Shown here in pieces: positions 50,322 to 60,173 of a stretch of DNA of 64,000 nucleotides. How positions within the stretch are numbered: the stretch's first letter is position 1; every line of letters starts with the position of its first letter. The translations under genes and the position numbers were made by a program. The notes beneath the pieces are model-generated. The model was not told the origin of the DNA, did no database searches, and saw only the letters and a program-made list of their open reading frames with translations. The stretch is from assembly GCA_964408285.1 (NCBI GenBank), contig CAYOYV010000001.1, forward strand, positions 32,001 to 96,000, written 5' to 3'. The DNA comes from an uncultured Nitrososphaerota archaeon (lineage in GTDB: Archaea > Thermoproteota > EX4484-205 > JAAOZO01).

Positions 50322-51413
50322 TTGAACAATCGAGAAAGAACCATGGCTGTCTTTGAAGGTAGGAAGACAGATCGTCTTCTATGGCAACCGAGGTTACATC
50401 ATTGGTATGGGGTCAACAAAGCAAGAGGCACTCTTCCACGCAGATACGTGGGTCGCGACATACTCGAAGTCTATGATGATCTCAAGGCCTCCCCGAGGGG
50501 ATATCACTTCTATGACCAGACTTTGAAGCTTCTGGAGGGAGAGAATGTCAAATTGGCGACGAAAGAAGATGAGAATTCTGTCCATACGAAGTATATGACC
50601 CCGATCGGCAACTTGACGCAAGTCGAGAAGAAGAACATATATGCAACAGGCAGAATGCGCATAGAGTACTTGCTCAAGGGCGTAGAGGATTTCAGAGTGC
50701 TTTTATATATAGTGAGGAATCAAAGGTTTGAATTCGATGAGGAATTATTCAAGGAGATAGAAGGCTTGCTCGATGACAGGTGCGAGCCCCTATTAAACAT
50801 ACCTTGGGGTTCCATAATGAGGCTGTTGATAGTATACATGGGATTCGAAAAGGGGACGGTGGCGATCTACAAGCATAGAGCCGAAGTTGAGGAATTGCTT
50901 CGCGTTTTCGATGAGAGTGACAGCGATCTCTTCGACCTAGTAGCGAAGATGCCATTCAGAATTGTGAACTTCCTGGACAACATCGACGAAGGGCTGATCT
51001 CCCCTACTCTCTTTACGAAGTACATGATGCCCTATTATAGGAGAAGAACAAAAGAGATCCACCAAGCTGGGAAATTCTGCACCTCTCACTGGGACGGAAA
51101 GGTAAAGGGCTTGTTGGCTTTCGCGAAGGATACAGGTCTAGACGGACTGGAATGCGTTCCGCCAAGTCCGCAGGGCAACGTCAGTGTCCAGGAACTGAGG
51201 GTTGGCTTGAAGAACATGATCCTTTGCGACGGGATACCAGCGACGCATTTCCTTCCTACTTCCTCCGATCTCGAACTAAAGCGATTCGTGAACACGCTGG
51301 TTGAGTCGTTTTCGCCGAGGTTGATCGTCGGGATATCGGACATGATGCCCCCCGATGGAGAGATAGAAAGGGCCAGGATGATTGGCAAAGTCCTCGAAGA
51401 TTACCGGATCTGA
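50322..51413 (+). CDS. Uroporphyrinogen decarboxylase / MtaA-CmuA methyltransferase family protein
   Basis: MNNRER, YMTPIGNL, ISPTLFTKYMMPYY, SHWDG, PSPQGNV. Confidence 0.85.
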   Translation: MNNRERTMAVFEGRKTDRLLWQPRLHHWYGVNKARGTLPRRYVGRDILEVYDDLKASPRGYHFYDQTLKLLEGENVKLATKEDENSVHTKYMTPIGNLTQVEKKNIYATGRMRIEYLLKGVEDFRVLLYIVRNQRFEFDEELFKEIEGLLDDRCEPLLNIPWGSIMRLLIVYMGFEKGTVAIYKHRAEVEELLRVFDESDSDLFDLVAKMPFRIVNFLDNIDEGLISPTLFTKYMMPYYRRRTKEIHQAGKFCTSHWDGKVKGLLAFAKDTGLDGLECVPPSPQGNVSVQELRVGLKNMILCDGIPATHFLPTSSDLELKRFVNTLVESFSPRLIVGISDMMPPDGEIERARMIGKVLEDYRI

Positions 51414-51478
51414 CCTGAGATCGCACGCCTCCCCGTGACAGCGTAGGACTTGATGAATAAATAGCTCAGAAAGACAAT

Positions 51479-53707
51479 ATGACCATGGATGGGAAAATGG
51501 AGCCAGTGCTCTTCCAAAGGGATTTGCCTGAGTGCGAATTCACGGAATTCGATGCCGAAGGTTTCTCGAGCAAGGTCACAGGGGTAATACATCGAGGCGG
51601 TAGAGCGATTGGAGGGGTTCCACTTGGTGGGCTAGGAACTGGTTACGTTGACCTCAATACGGATGGGAGACTCGGCAAATGCACCATATTCAATAATTGG
51701 CCAAGCCCTCGGGATCTCAATTGCCCATTCCTGGGATTAGTCTTGGATGGTCAACTGCGTGTTTTGGCGTTGAAGCCGCCGGAGCGGATCAAAGGATCGA
51801 TTGATATTGAATACTGGGGACACTACCCTGTTGCTGATCTGCAGTACAAAACTGATCTGCCAGTGGACATCGGCGTTCGTGCCTTCTCCCCCTTTGTGCT
51901 AGGGGATTCTGAAATTTCCAACACACCGGCATTAGTCATGAAGGTCAGTCTGATGAATAGCGGAGAACGGAACCTGTCTTGCCGCCTCGCATTTTGCTTT
52001 CCTGGTCCCGTCAGGAGAGACCAAGAGGTATTTTCGCGGATTCCACTGGATGTGAAGGTCGACGGTCTAACAGGTATCGAGCTGAAGCACGGAAGGGACT
52101 CAGGCTACTTCATAGGTCTCCTCAATCCTGAAGGAAGGATCGGACTCGGGCCGGCTCTGGGAATGGATGGGAGCCCTTGGGAGCAGCTGACTGATGGAGT
52201 CAAGACAGCGCCCTCAGATCACCCAGGTTCTACGATAACCAACGACTTCACACTGGCCCCTTTGGTTCAAAAGAGAAAGACATTCGTGTTGGCATGGTTC
52301 TACCCACACTTCCGCGACAGCGATGGAAAGCCGCATGAACTCAGATATCTCAAGCGCTTCAAGGATGCAGCGCAAGTAGCCGAATTCGTTGCCGCGAATA
52401 ACGAGGGTTTGCTTAAGAGAACTCTCGCTTGGCAGCAAGTCATCTATGGAGAGAACTATCCAATATGGCTAAAGGACGGTCTGGTCAATGGGCTTTACAG
52501 CCTTGCCAAGAACAGCCTTTGGGTGTATAGCGACAGGCCGGACGACTGGTGGGGACCAACTGGATTCTTCACTCACAGTGAGAGCTTCACTGGATGTGCA
52601 ATAACGGAGACCATCGTATGTCGCTTTCACGGGCATTTCCCTTGCTTGTTCTTCTTTCCTGAACTTGAGCTTTCCACGCTGAAGGGATTCGCCCACTACC
52701 AATTGAGAACCGGGGAGATTCCATTCTGTTTTGGCACACAGACTGGACTGACTCGTCCCTTCTACTACTGTCAGCATCCAATCAACTCCTCCCAATATGT
52801 CCAGATGGTCTATCGCTACTACCTCAGAACGGGCGACAAGGATTTCCTGCGAGACTTCTTCCCTTCAGTGAAGGAGGCAATTCAGTTCGCCAAGACTCTG
52901 GACAATGATGAGGACGGGCTGGTGAACGACCATCCTCACGCTCCTCCCGGTGAGAATTGGCCAGCGAACCAATTCTACGACATCTGGCCCTGGTTTGGCA
53001 CCTCAGCATATGTCTCAGGAATCTGGCTTGGCACTCTGAAGATCGCTCAAGCTATTGGGGAGGCGCTGGGCGATGCCGAATTCGTGACGGAATGCAGTTC
53101 CATATTCGAGAGAGGAAGGTCCGCATTCGAACAGAAGCTTTGGAACGGGAAATACTATAGGCTCTACAATGACCCGCTGAATAGACGCTTGTCAGAGGTC
53201 TGCTTGGCGAACCAGCTTATGGGAGAGTGGTGTAGCCGAATAGTGGCCTTGGGCCGCATCTTTCCACCTGAACATGTGGAAAGTGCACTTGACTCGATCG
53301 GATACCTGAACTTCAGGGGAACCGAGTCTGGAATCATCAACGGCTGCCTGCCCAATGGGACTCCTGACAACTCAGGGACAACGCATTCATCTGAGATCTT
53401 CGTAGGCGAAAGCTTCTGTGTGGCCATGACAATGCTTCACAATAATCGGAAGGAAATTGGTCTCGAAATCGCTCGCAGGATGTACGAGAGTATAGCTCTG
53501 AGGCATCGAACTCCTTGGAACCAATACTGCATCATAAGTGCTGCAAATGGCTCACCAGTCTGGGGGAGCGACTACTATAGCAACATGGTGATATGGGCAC
53601 TGCCAATGGCGATTGATGGTCAGGACATCAAGACCTCCTCCTCCGAGGGTTCTCTCATTGACAGGATCCTCAGGGCGACTAGGATCATGCGGCCCACGGC
53701 AAAGTGA
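51479..53707 (+). CDS. GH116 (GBA2-type) beta-glucosidase
   Basis: GVPLGGLGTG, WGHYPVA, FFPELE, NQFYDIW, LWNGKYY, NQLMGEW. Confidence 0.9.
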   Translation: MTMDGKMEPVLFQRDLPECEFTEFDAEGFSSKVTGVIHRGGRAIGGVPLGGLGTGYVDLNTDGRLGKCTIFNNWPSPRDLNCPFLGLVLDGQLRVLALKPPERIKGSIDIEYWGHYPVADLQYKTDLPVDIGVRAFSPFVLGDSEISNTPALVMKVSLMNSGERNLSCRLAFCFPGPVRRDQEVFSRIPLDVKVDGLTGIELKHGRDSGYFIGLLNPEGRIGLGPALGMDGSPWEQLTDGVKTAPSDHPGSTITNDFTLAPLVQKRKTFVLAWFYPHFRDSDGKPHELRYLKRFKDAAQVAEFVAANNEGLLKRTLAWQQVIYGENYPIWLKDGLVNGLYSLAKNSLWVYSDRPDDWWGPTGFFTHSESFTGCAITETIVCRFHGHFPCLFFFPELELSTLKGFAHYQLRTGEIPFCFGTQTGLTRPFYYCQHPINSSQYVQMVYRYYLRTGDKDFLRDFFPSVKEAIQFAKTLDNDEDGLVNDHPHAPPGENWPANQFYDIWPWFGTSAYVSGIWLGTLKIAQAIGEALGDAEFVTECSSIFERGRSAFEQKLWNGKYYRLYNDPLNRRLSEVCLANQLMGEWCSRIVALGRIFPPEHVESALDSIGYLNFRGTESGIINGCLPNGTPDNSGTTHSSEIFVGESFCVAMTMLHNNRKEIGLEIARRMYESIALRHRTPWNQYCIISAANGSPVWGSDYYSNMVIWALPMAIDGQDIKTSSSEGSLIDRILRATRIMRPTAK

Positions 53708-54057
53708 TCTCTTCGAGAGGTCCCCAGCATTCCCTTGTAACTTGCATTTTCCACATGCAGGACTATCTATCATTTCTACTAAGCAGACTTCACCTGTGCA
53801 CAATTGGCGTTCTTGTTGATGATCCTTGAAATGACTGCTTCGGAGCTCTCCTATGGCAATGTGGCCCAAGGGCCATCAACATGTTATAGACTAGGGCTCA
53901 CGGTTTTTTTCTTTTGCAGCCCTTCAGGGACCGTCGATTCGGGCCAAAATGAAACAGAGGGAGATTCTTGGCCGAACTTTAGCAATTCAATTAGCACAGT
54001 TGGTGTTCTCCTTTAGAGTAATAGACTAATCTTCGCTGGTTCTCCTGAAGCTTTGAA

Positions 54058-54681
54058 ATGGTATTCGGATTCCTAAGAAAGAAGGAACAGAAACCTGTTG
54101 CCCCGATCACGAACCAGTATGACTACCGAGCAAAGATCCAAGAGATCTCGATAAAAATGAGGATTCTGTCGGAGAAACTAGAGCAAAACGAGGCCAGACT
54201 CCAGGAGAAAAGCAAAAGACTGTTCGATAAAGTAGTAAGGGCTGAGGCGCTGAAGGACAGAGAGAAGGCGGCAATATATGCAGATGAAATCGTGCAAGTA
54301 AGGAAAGTCGCGAAGACGGTTTGGATAGGTGTAGCTGCCCTCGAGAAGGTGACGATGAGACTCGACACTGTCAGATCGGCAATGGAGGTGAAGGACCTCC
54401 TCACTTCGCCTGAACTGGGTGTACTGAAGCCCCTATCTGAAACACTGAGAGGCGTGATGCCTGAAGTGTCACTCGAACTGGGCAAGCTCAACGAAGGCAT
54501 GGAGGAGATTGCCATGTCATTCGGAACCATGGGTGACCAAGCATACATCCCAGAGGAAAGCGACGAAGAAGTACAAGCCATACTCCGTCAAGCTTCAGAA
54601 GTGGCGAGCCAGAGAATGAAGAGCGCATTCCCAGACCTGCCCAATCCGATGAGTGAGAAGGAGAGCTCGTACAGATTCTGA
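54058..54681 (+). CDS. cdvB: ESCRT-III / CdvB-like (Snf7 family) protein
   Basis: LFDKVVRA...AAIYADEIVQVRK...LEKVTMRLDT...VMPEVSLEL core; C-terminal FPDLP MIM2-like motif. Confidence 0.88.
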   Translation: MVFGFLRKKEQKPVAPITNQYDYRAKIQEISIKMRILSEKLEQNEARLQEKSKRLFDKVVRAEALKDREKAAIYADEIVQVRKVAKTVWIGVAALEKVTMRLDTVRSAMEVKDLLTSPELGVLKPLSETLRGVMPEVSLELGKLNEGMEEIAMSFGTMGDQAYIPEESDEEVQAILRQASEVASQRMKSAFPDLPNPMSEKESSYRF

Positions 54682-54847
54682 TCTGTCTTCACGCAGTTGA
54701 GAGACCTTCTGAGTGTGCCCAGGCACTCATCCTACGCGTTGCGATACTCCCTGATAGTGCGATAGCTCAGCTCTCGCATTATCCCATTGGCGCTTTCGTA
54801 ACCCGGCCGGGAAGGGATTGGTCCTGAACTTGGAACAGATGTCTCCT

Positions 54848-55282
54848 TCAGGGACAGAAGACACATTTGCCCTGCCTCTCTTGTTCCGAGATCCATTGCT
54901 CTAGTCCGACTTCCCTCATTCTTTTCGAGTTCTCTACTGTTCTCCTATGATGGGTAATGCCATCTTCCGCAAATTCCATCAATAATGAGCAAGGAAAATC
55001 AGCACATTCGAAGCAATGCTCGACATTCTTGCTCTTGGCGCATAGCATCATCCTGCAATCTGAGCTCCAGTGTCTCTCGAAGCGTCCCCTGCAACCATCG
55101 CATCTTACCTGCTCTGGGTTGATTTTTTCCTTCCGTTCGCTGAGGAACCAAGCAACAATCTCGTCTCTCATCTCTACGTTTCCGTGCCCTGCCTCGTATA
55201 TGTCGCATTTGGCGCAATTGAGACCGCAGTAGGAAATCAACCAGCCCTTCCGCCCTACATGATCCATGATCCTGTTCACCAT
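54848..55282 (-). CDS. DUF3795 cysteine-rich protein
   Basis: YCGLNCAKC, CDGC, CA...HCFECADFPC. Confidence 0.88.
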   Translation of the reverse strand: MVNRIMDHVGRKGWLISYCGLNCAKCDIYEAGHGNVEMRDEIVAWFLSERKEKINPEQVRCDGCRGRFERHWSSDCRMMLCAKSKNVEHCFECADFPCSLLMEFAEDGITHHRRTVENSKRMREVGLEQWISEQERQGKCVFCP

Positions 55283-55355
55283 CGTGCCTCTAGGATCTGA
55301 CGCCTTCTAGCAATTCGGGCGACCTGGTCCTTCAGTGCTCGTGGAACACGCGCGT

Positions 55356-55976
55356 TCATTCAATTGTAAGATGCCTTCTTCGCATATCAGTCTCAGTTTC
55401 CTCAAGCCGGCGCATGAGAATGGCAACAACGCAATCAAGGAAGGTTGAACATGCAATTTCGAAAATGGTTCCGAGTGGTGCCAATGGTTCGTGTTCGCCC
55501 TTTATCTGTCTCGAGAAGTAGTCCTTTTCCCGGGGTTCCTTTGTCCTGCCATGAACTATCATGAGCTCGTCCGCAACGTGGGCTAGTTCGGAGTCCGATC
55601 TTGATGTCACTGCAAGAACCTTGGCTCCCAGCCCTTTGGCTATTTCGGCCCCTGTCACAACAAGCTTCGTTGTCCCAGATCCGGAGATCGCTACTACAAG
55701 ATCTCCCTTTCCTATGGCAGGCGTTATTGTTTCTCCTTGTACATAGACATTGAATCCGAGATGGACCAGCCTTAGTGCAAAGGCTCTGGCAACTAACCCA
55801 CTTCTGCCAGCTCCAAGCATCAAGACTTTCTTGCCCTTGGCCTTGGTCATCAACAAGATGTCAATCAGTCTCTCAAGCTGTTCTGCCTGTATCTCAGAGA
55901 TCGATCTATCTACGCTCGAATCAATCTCCTTGTATGCCGCTCTGAAAATGTCCAAGATCAGATTCTTTTCTTCCAT
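55356..55976 (-). CDS. hxlB: 6-phospho-3-hexuloisomerase
   Basis: GAGRSGLVARAFALRL, ISGSGTT, APLGTIFE, MRRRH. Confidence 0.93.
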   Translation of the reverse strand: MEEKNLILDIFRAAYKEIDSSVDRSISEIQAEQLERLIDILLMTKAKGKKVLMLGAGRSGLVARAFALRLVHLGFNVYVQGETITPAIGKGDLVVAISGSGTTKLVVTGAEIAKGLGAKVLAVTSRSDSELAHVADELMIVHGRTKEPREKDYFSRQIKGEHEPLAPLGTIFEIACSTFLDCVVAILMRRLEETETDMRRRHLTIE

Positions 55977-56626
55977 CCTCTCTTCACCGCCTGAAGCATT
56001 TCACTTGCTGCATCTCGAGCATTTATCGCGGAAGTGATGTAGGATCCAACTATCAGTATCTTTGCCCCTGCGTCCAAAAGACTTGCTGCCATCTGGGGCT
56101 TTATTCCCCCAGCGACTGCGACCGGGATACGGGCTCTGGAAGCAATCACTCCTATGATGTGCAGCTGGTTCGATGCGGACACAGCCTTCTGCCTTTGCTC
56201 ATCCAGGCCTGTATGCAAACATACGTAATCCGCGCCGAGCTCCTCAGACTTCTTGGCTGCCTCAATTGGATTCGGGTGGTTCAAGAGGTCAAGCATGATC
56301 TGGATTCTGTCTCTTCCGGCTCTGATCGCCTCGACGACAGTTGATTCAGAAGCAAGGCCGCAAATGGAAATTATGTCTGCCTTTGCATCAATGGCAAGCT
56401 CTACTTCAATCCTTCCGGCATCCATTGTCTTCATGTCAGCGACGATTTTGACGTCATGTCGAAGATTTCGTCTCAGTAATGAGATTGCATCGATTCCCCT
56501 AGATTTGATTAGAGGTGTCCCGGCCTCGATGAGACTTACGCCTGCCTTCTCAGCGGATACGGCAATGGCTATTGCCTTGTCGATGTTGGTAACATCAAGA
56601 GCAACTTGCACCAATGGAAATTGCAT
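55958..56626 (-). CDS. hxlA: 3-hexulose-6-phosphate synthase
   Basis: VQVALD, IEAGTPLIK, VADMKTMDAG, HTGLDEQ, AVAGGI; overlaps the hxlB start. Confidence 0.92.
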   Translation of the reverse strand: MQFPLVQVALDVTNIDKAIAIAVSAEKAGVSLIEAGTPLIKSRGIDAISLLRRNLRHDVKIVADMKTMDAGRIEVELAIDAKADIISICGLASESTVVEAIRAGRDRIQIMLDLLNHPNPIEAAKKSEELGADYVCLHTGLDEQRQKAVSASNQLHIIGVIASRARIPVAVAGGIKPQMAASLLDAGAKILIVGSYITSAINARDAASEMLQAVKRGWKKRI

Positions 56627-56727
56627 TCTTGACCCAGACAGCAGGTGATAGGATTCAGATTTAACTCTATAATACGGCCCGTTCCTTTCGGATAGGGATG
56701 CTGTAGGCCAGTCGGATTGGACAAAAT

Positions 56728-57534
56728 TCATTTTCCCTGTTCATGTCCCGTTTTGGTGTAAGCACTTGTAGCAAGTTGCGGGTTGTCGGTCGTCATGAAA
56801 TCGATCCCCGAATCCAAGCATTTGATCATCCCTTCCCTGTCATTCACTGGCCAAGCATTGGCAAGTACCCCCCTCCTGTGACAGACATCGACAATCCCCT
56901 CCCAAGCCAAGTCAGTCTTATGTATTGATGCAATATTGATCGGATTCCGTGACAGCGGATCCAGCGATTCATTGAGTAGCCCCTCCCTTTCCTTGGGTCC
57001 AAGATTGCCCCTCTCGTTGGCAGATCTTCCTTTTCTAGCCATCAGCTCGCTCACAGGGATAATGTCGGCTTGTATGGGTATCCTTGGCTCAAGGCTTTTG
57101 ATCCTCGAGGCGGCTTCGTAATTCCGCCCAATCAGAATCATTGAACTGTATATCATGTCCTTTCCAATGATGGCATTCGTCAAGTCCTTCTCGATTGCAC
57201 TGGCCTTGATCTCAGGGGCCACTGAGACTTTGCCCTTAGCTAAGTCCAACACCTCCTCAACAGTCGGTATCTGGACACCCCTGAATCTTGGGGAGAACCA
57301 AGATCCAGCGTCCATCTTCTTCAGTTGTTGCAGAGTGAACTGCGAAACTGGACCCCTCATGTCGGTTGTTCTGTCCAGCGTGGAGTCGTGAATCACTACT
57401 AGGACGCCATCCTTGGATCTATGCACATCGAACTCTATGAAATCAACACGGAGCTCGATTGCCTCACGGAATGATGGAATTGTGTTCTCCGGCGCGGAAG
57501 AGGAAGCGCCCCTATGACCTATTACAAAGACCAT
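56728..57534 (-). CDS. Glycerophosphodiester phosphodiesterase
   Basis: GHRGA, PENT, EFDV, HDSTLDRTT, TTDNP. Confidence 0.93.
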   Translation of the reverse strand: MVFVIGHRGASSSAPENTIPSFREAIELRVDFIEFDVHRSKDGVLVVIHDSTLDRTTDMRGPVSQFTLQQLKKMDAGSWFSPRFRGVQIPTVEEVLDLAKGKVSVAPEIKASAIEKDLTNAIIGKDMIYSSMILIGRNYEAASRIKSLEPRIPIQADIIPVSELMARKGRSANERGNLGPKEREGLLNESLDPLSRNPINIASIHKTDLAWEGIVDVCHRRGVLANAWPVNDREGMIKCLDSGIDFMTTDNPQLATSAYTKTGHEQGK

Positions 57535-57540
57535 GATAGT

Positions 57541-57915
57541 TCACTCTTTCATTTCCGATGGCGCCTCTAGGCGAGGCGTCACGATTCTCCGCAGTATCGT
57601 CTTCAGCTGGGGATCATTTCTACGGTAGACATCAGGAATATGAAGCACAATGACCTTCGCGCTTGCGGAAGGCTGCATCGATTGAACGCAATCGGCATGC
57701 TCCTGCTCCATCACGAATATCCTATCAGCCCAATCCACCATATCCTTGGTCAGGCGTCTTCTTGCAAGAATCGAAGTTCCTGCTGATTTGACTTCGAGCC
57801 CGGGCCTAGTCCTGAACATCTCTTCAGCCGTGGGGCTCCTATCGACATTCCCCGAGCAGACGAACAACACCTTCATTTTTCGTTTCGCCACACAATCGCC
57901 CTGATTGCTCATCAT
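57541..57915 (-). CDS. Low-molecular-weight protein tyrosine phosphatase-like protein
   Basis: VLFVCSGNVDRSPTAE P-loop, SAGT, WADRIFVME, IPD. Confidence 0.9.
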   Translation of the reverse strand: MMSNQGDCVAKRKMKVLFVCSGNVDRSPTAEEMFRTRPGLEVKSAGTSILARRRLTKDMVDWADRIFVMEQEHADCVQSMQPSASAKVIVLHIPDVYRRNDPQLKTILRRIVTPRLEAPSEMKE

Positions 57916-57985
57916 AAGTCTATTGCCAATGGCATTGCGCTGAGATAATCTTTAATCCTTTGTAGCTATCCGAAACAGTTCATTC

Positions 57986-58825
57986 ATGTCCAAACAGAAG
58001 TCGGTCTTCAAGATTAAGGGAAGGAATCGGATATCCAAATTCAGAAGAATAACGAAGGAGCTCGTGTCAGCAGTCTCTTCCCTCAAGGGAGTAATGGGAA
58101 TAATGATTTCAGGGGCTGCTGTCAGAGGTTTTGCTGACGAATTCTCAGATATGGACATAAATGTGATTCTTGAACGCAGAGATCCTGAGCTCAGCAGGAA
58201 AATCCGAGATCTGGCATCAGTAGCTCAGATTCGCTATCAAACCGATGTTGACATGGAGGTCTATTCTCTCCACCACTACAAACGCAAAAGATGGGGTGAG
58301 ACTGAAAGGTGGGATTGTGAGAATTCCAGGGTCGTCTACGATCCAACTCGTGCCATGAAAAGAATAGGAAGACACAAAATGAAATCGACAGATGATTTCT
58401 GGACTAGGCGTATAGTGACTTCGGCTGAATATCTGAGGTGGTATTGCAATCCTTCCCAAGTGGCAAAAGAGAGTCTGGCCGAGGTATGGATCAGCAGGGG
58501 CGATCTCATATCAGCGCACTATTGCCTGAACTACTCAATCGAGCTTCTGCTTAGGATCCTTTTTGCACTCAATAAAAAATATCTCCCTCCTCCGAAGTGG
58601 AGATTGTTTGATTCATACGGGCTGAGTTGGCTACCGAAAGACTATACGAGACTGGTTAGGGAGGCAATGAAGATAGGGGGCTACTCCCGGAAGGAAATCA
58701 GTCGAAGACGTGGGACCATCGCGAAGCTGTGGAAGAGGATTATGCCCCGGATGAGGGACTTGCTAGGCTTGGGAGAAGAGGGCATATCTCGTAGGTATGT
58801 CAGAGATGTACTCAAGCAGGAGTAG
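57986..58825 (+). CDS. Pol-beta-type nucleotidyltransferase (DUF4037-like)
   Basis: SGAAVRGFADEFSDMD motif plus helical C-domain (LFALNKKYLPPPKW). Confidence 0.85.
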   Translation: MSKQKSVFKIKGRNRISKFRRITKELVSAVSSLKGVMGIMISGAAVRGFADEFSDMDINVILERRDPELSRKIRDLASVAQIRYQTDVDMEVYSLHHYKRKRWGETERWDCENSRVVYDPTRAMKRIGRHKMKSTDDFWTRRIVTSAEYLRWYCNPSQVAKESLAEVWISRGDLISAHYCLNYSIELLLRILFALNKKYLPPPKWRLFDSYGLSWLPKDYTRLVREAMKIGGYSRKEISRRRGTIAKLWKRIMPRMRDLLGLGEEGISRRYVRDVLKQE

Positions 58826-58843
58826 TGAGCCCGGGGGGAGATC

Positions 58844-59278
58844 ATGACAGCAGAAGTGAGATTCAGAGCCAAGTGGTATCATTTTATTCCGATATTAGGT
58901 TATTTCCTCTATCTGCCTCAATCAAGCATCGACTTCCCGGATTTGGTGGGAAGAACCAAACTCCTCATGATCATGGAGAACACAATGCTATATGTGTCGC
59001 TTGGAGCAGCATCCTACTTACTAGGCATATCACGATCCCATTGGCTCATCATCGTCAGTATCGTCGTAGTCATCGCAACCCCATTCGAATTTCTGTTGAT
59101 CAGGAAGTGGGGGAAGAGATTCAAGATTCTCGGTTGGCACAGAGTTCAGCCCTTCGTGGGGAGGAAGCTGCTTATGGCCATTCTGTTCGTGGGAATCCAT
59201 ACTTGGAGCTTCCTATGTCTCGGCCATATCGCGTCAGAAGACCTCGCTCAATTATTTCTGTTAAGTGCACGTGCTTGA
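58844..59278 (+). CDS. Hypothetical membrane protein
   Basis: 3-4 hydrophobic segments; GGGGGGAG RBS upstream. Confidence 0.7.
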   Translation: MTAEVRFRAKWYHFIPILGYFLYLPQSSIDFPDLVGRTKLLMIMENTMLYVSLGAASYLLGISRSHWLIIVSIVVVIATPFEFLLIRKWGKRFKILGWHRVQPFVGRKLLMAILFVGIHTWSFLCLGHIASEDLAQLFLLSARA

Positions 59279-59321
59279 AGATTAGTCAGCAACCGATAAA
59301 AGGGAAACTGACGGAAAAGTT

Positions 59322-60152
59322 GTGATGGGAAAAAGCAGCGTTGAGCGATTTTACGACATGCATGCAAAAAGCTATTCGAAAGGCCGCTTGTTCCCGACCG
59401 CATCCGTTACCGCAAGGACTGCCATGAGCTTTGCAGACGATATTACATGGCATTTCATTCTCAAGTATCTGCCACAAAGGAGGTCTGCCCTGATCTTGGA
59501 TGCAGGTGCCGGTGATGGGTATTGGACGGAGAAGCTCATCAAGAGAGGGTATTGGAACATCGTCCTCTATGACATCTCGCGCGGAATGCTTGAAGAAGCT
59601 GAAAAGAGGCTGAGCAAGCTTAGGGAAAAGCATCAGACTAGGTTGATAAAGGGTGACATCGCGAACATGCACCAACTCCAATCGAATGCCTTTGACTATG
59701 TGTTCTCTCAGTATGATGCCGTGTCATATTGCATGAGACCCGGGATTGCAGTAAGGGAGCTGGCAAGGGTGGCGAAAAGCAGGTCATACATCGTCGTCAG
59801 TCTCGACACAAAATTTAGAAGGGTCTCCGAATTGATTGAGGCAGGACAGATAGCGGCGGCCGAAAAGTTGCTGAGGACTAACGTTTCTGATGAATTCGGG
59901 CACCCACAATACAATCTCAGTTGGGAGGAGCTGTGTATTCACTTCGAAGCCGCTGGACTGAGGGTCGTTGAAACAGTCGGTGCCCCGGTATTCATGCATC
60001 AAATCAAAGAGAACTCCCTAGCAAGGTTAGAAAAGGACTTGAATACAAGAAGGAGGCTTCTGAGGATCGAGCTTCTCAACTGCACAAACAGATCACTTGT
60101 GAACTTTGCTGGGCATTTGCAGATGATTGGCAGGAAAATAGATAGGACTTAG
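59322..60152 (+). CDS. Class I SAM-dependent methyltransferase
   Basis: ILDAGAGDG motif I, DISRGML, FDYV. Confidence 0.9.
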   Translation: MMGKSSVERFYDMHAKSYSKGRLFPTASVTARTAMSFADDITWHFILKYLPQRRSALILDAGAGDGYWTEKLIKRGYWNIVLYDISRGMLEEAEKRLSKLREKHQTRLIKGDIANMHQLQSNAFDYVFSQYDAVSYCMRPGIAVRELARVAKSRSYIVVSLDTKFRRVSELIEAGQIAAAEKLLRTNVSDEFGHPQYNLSWEELCIHFEAAGLRVVETVGAPVFMHQIKENSLARLEKDLNTRRRLLRIELLNCTNRSLVNFAGHLQMIGRKIDRT

Positions 60153-60173
60153 TGCACTTCGCAGTTGCGTATC

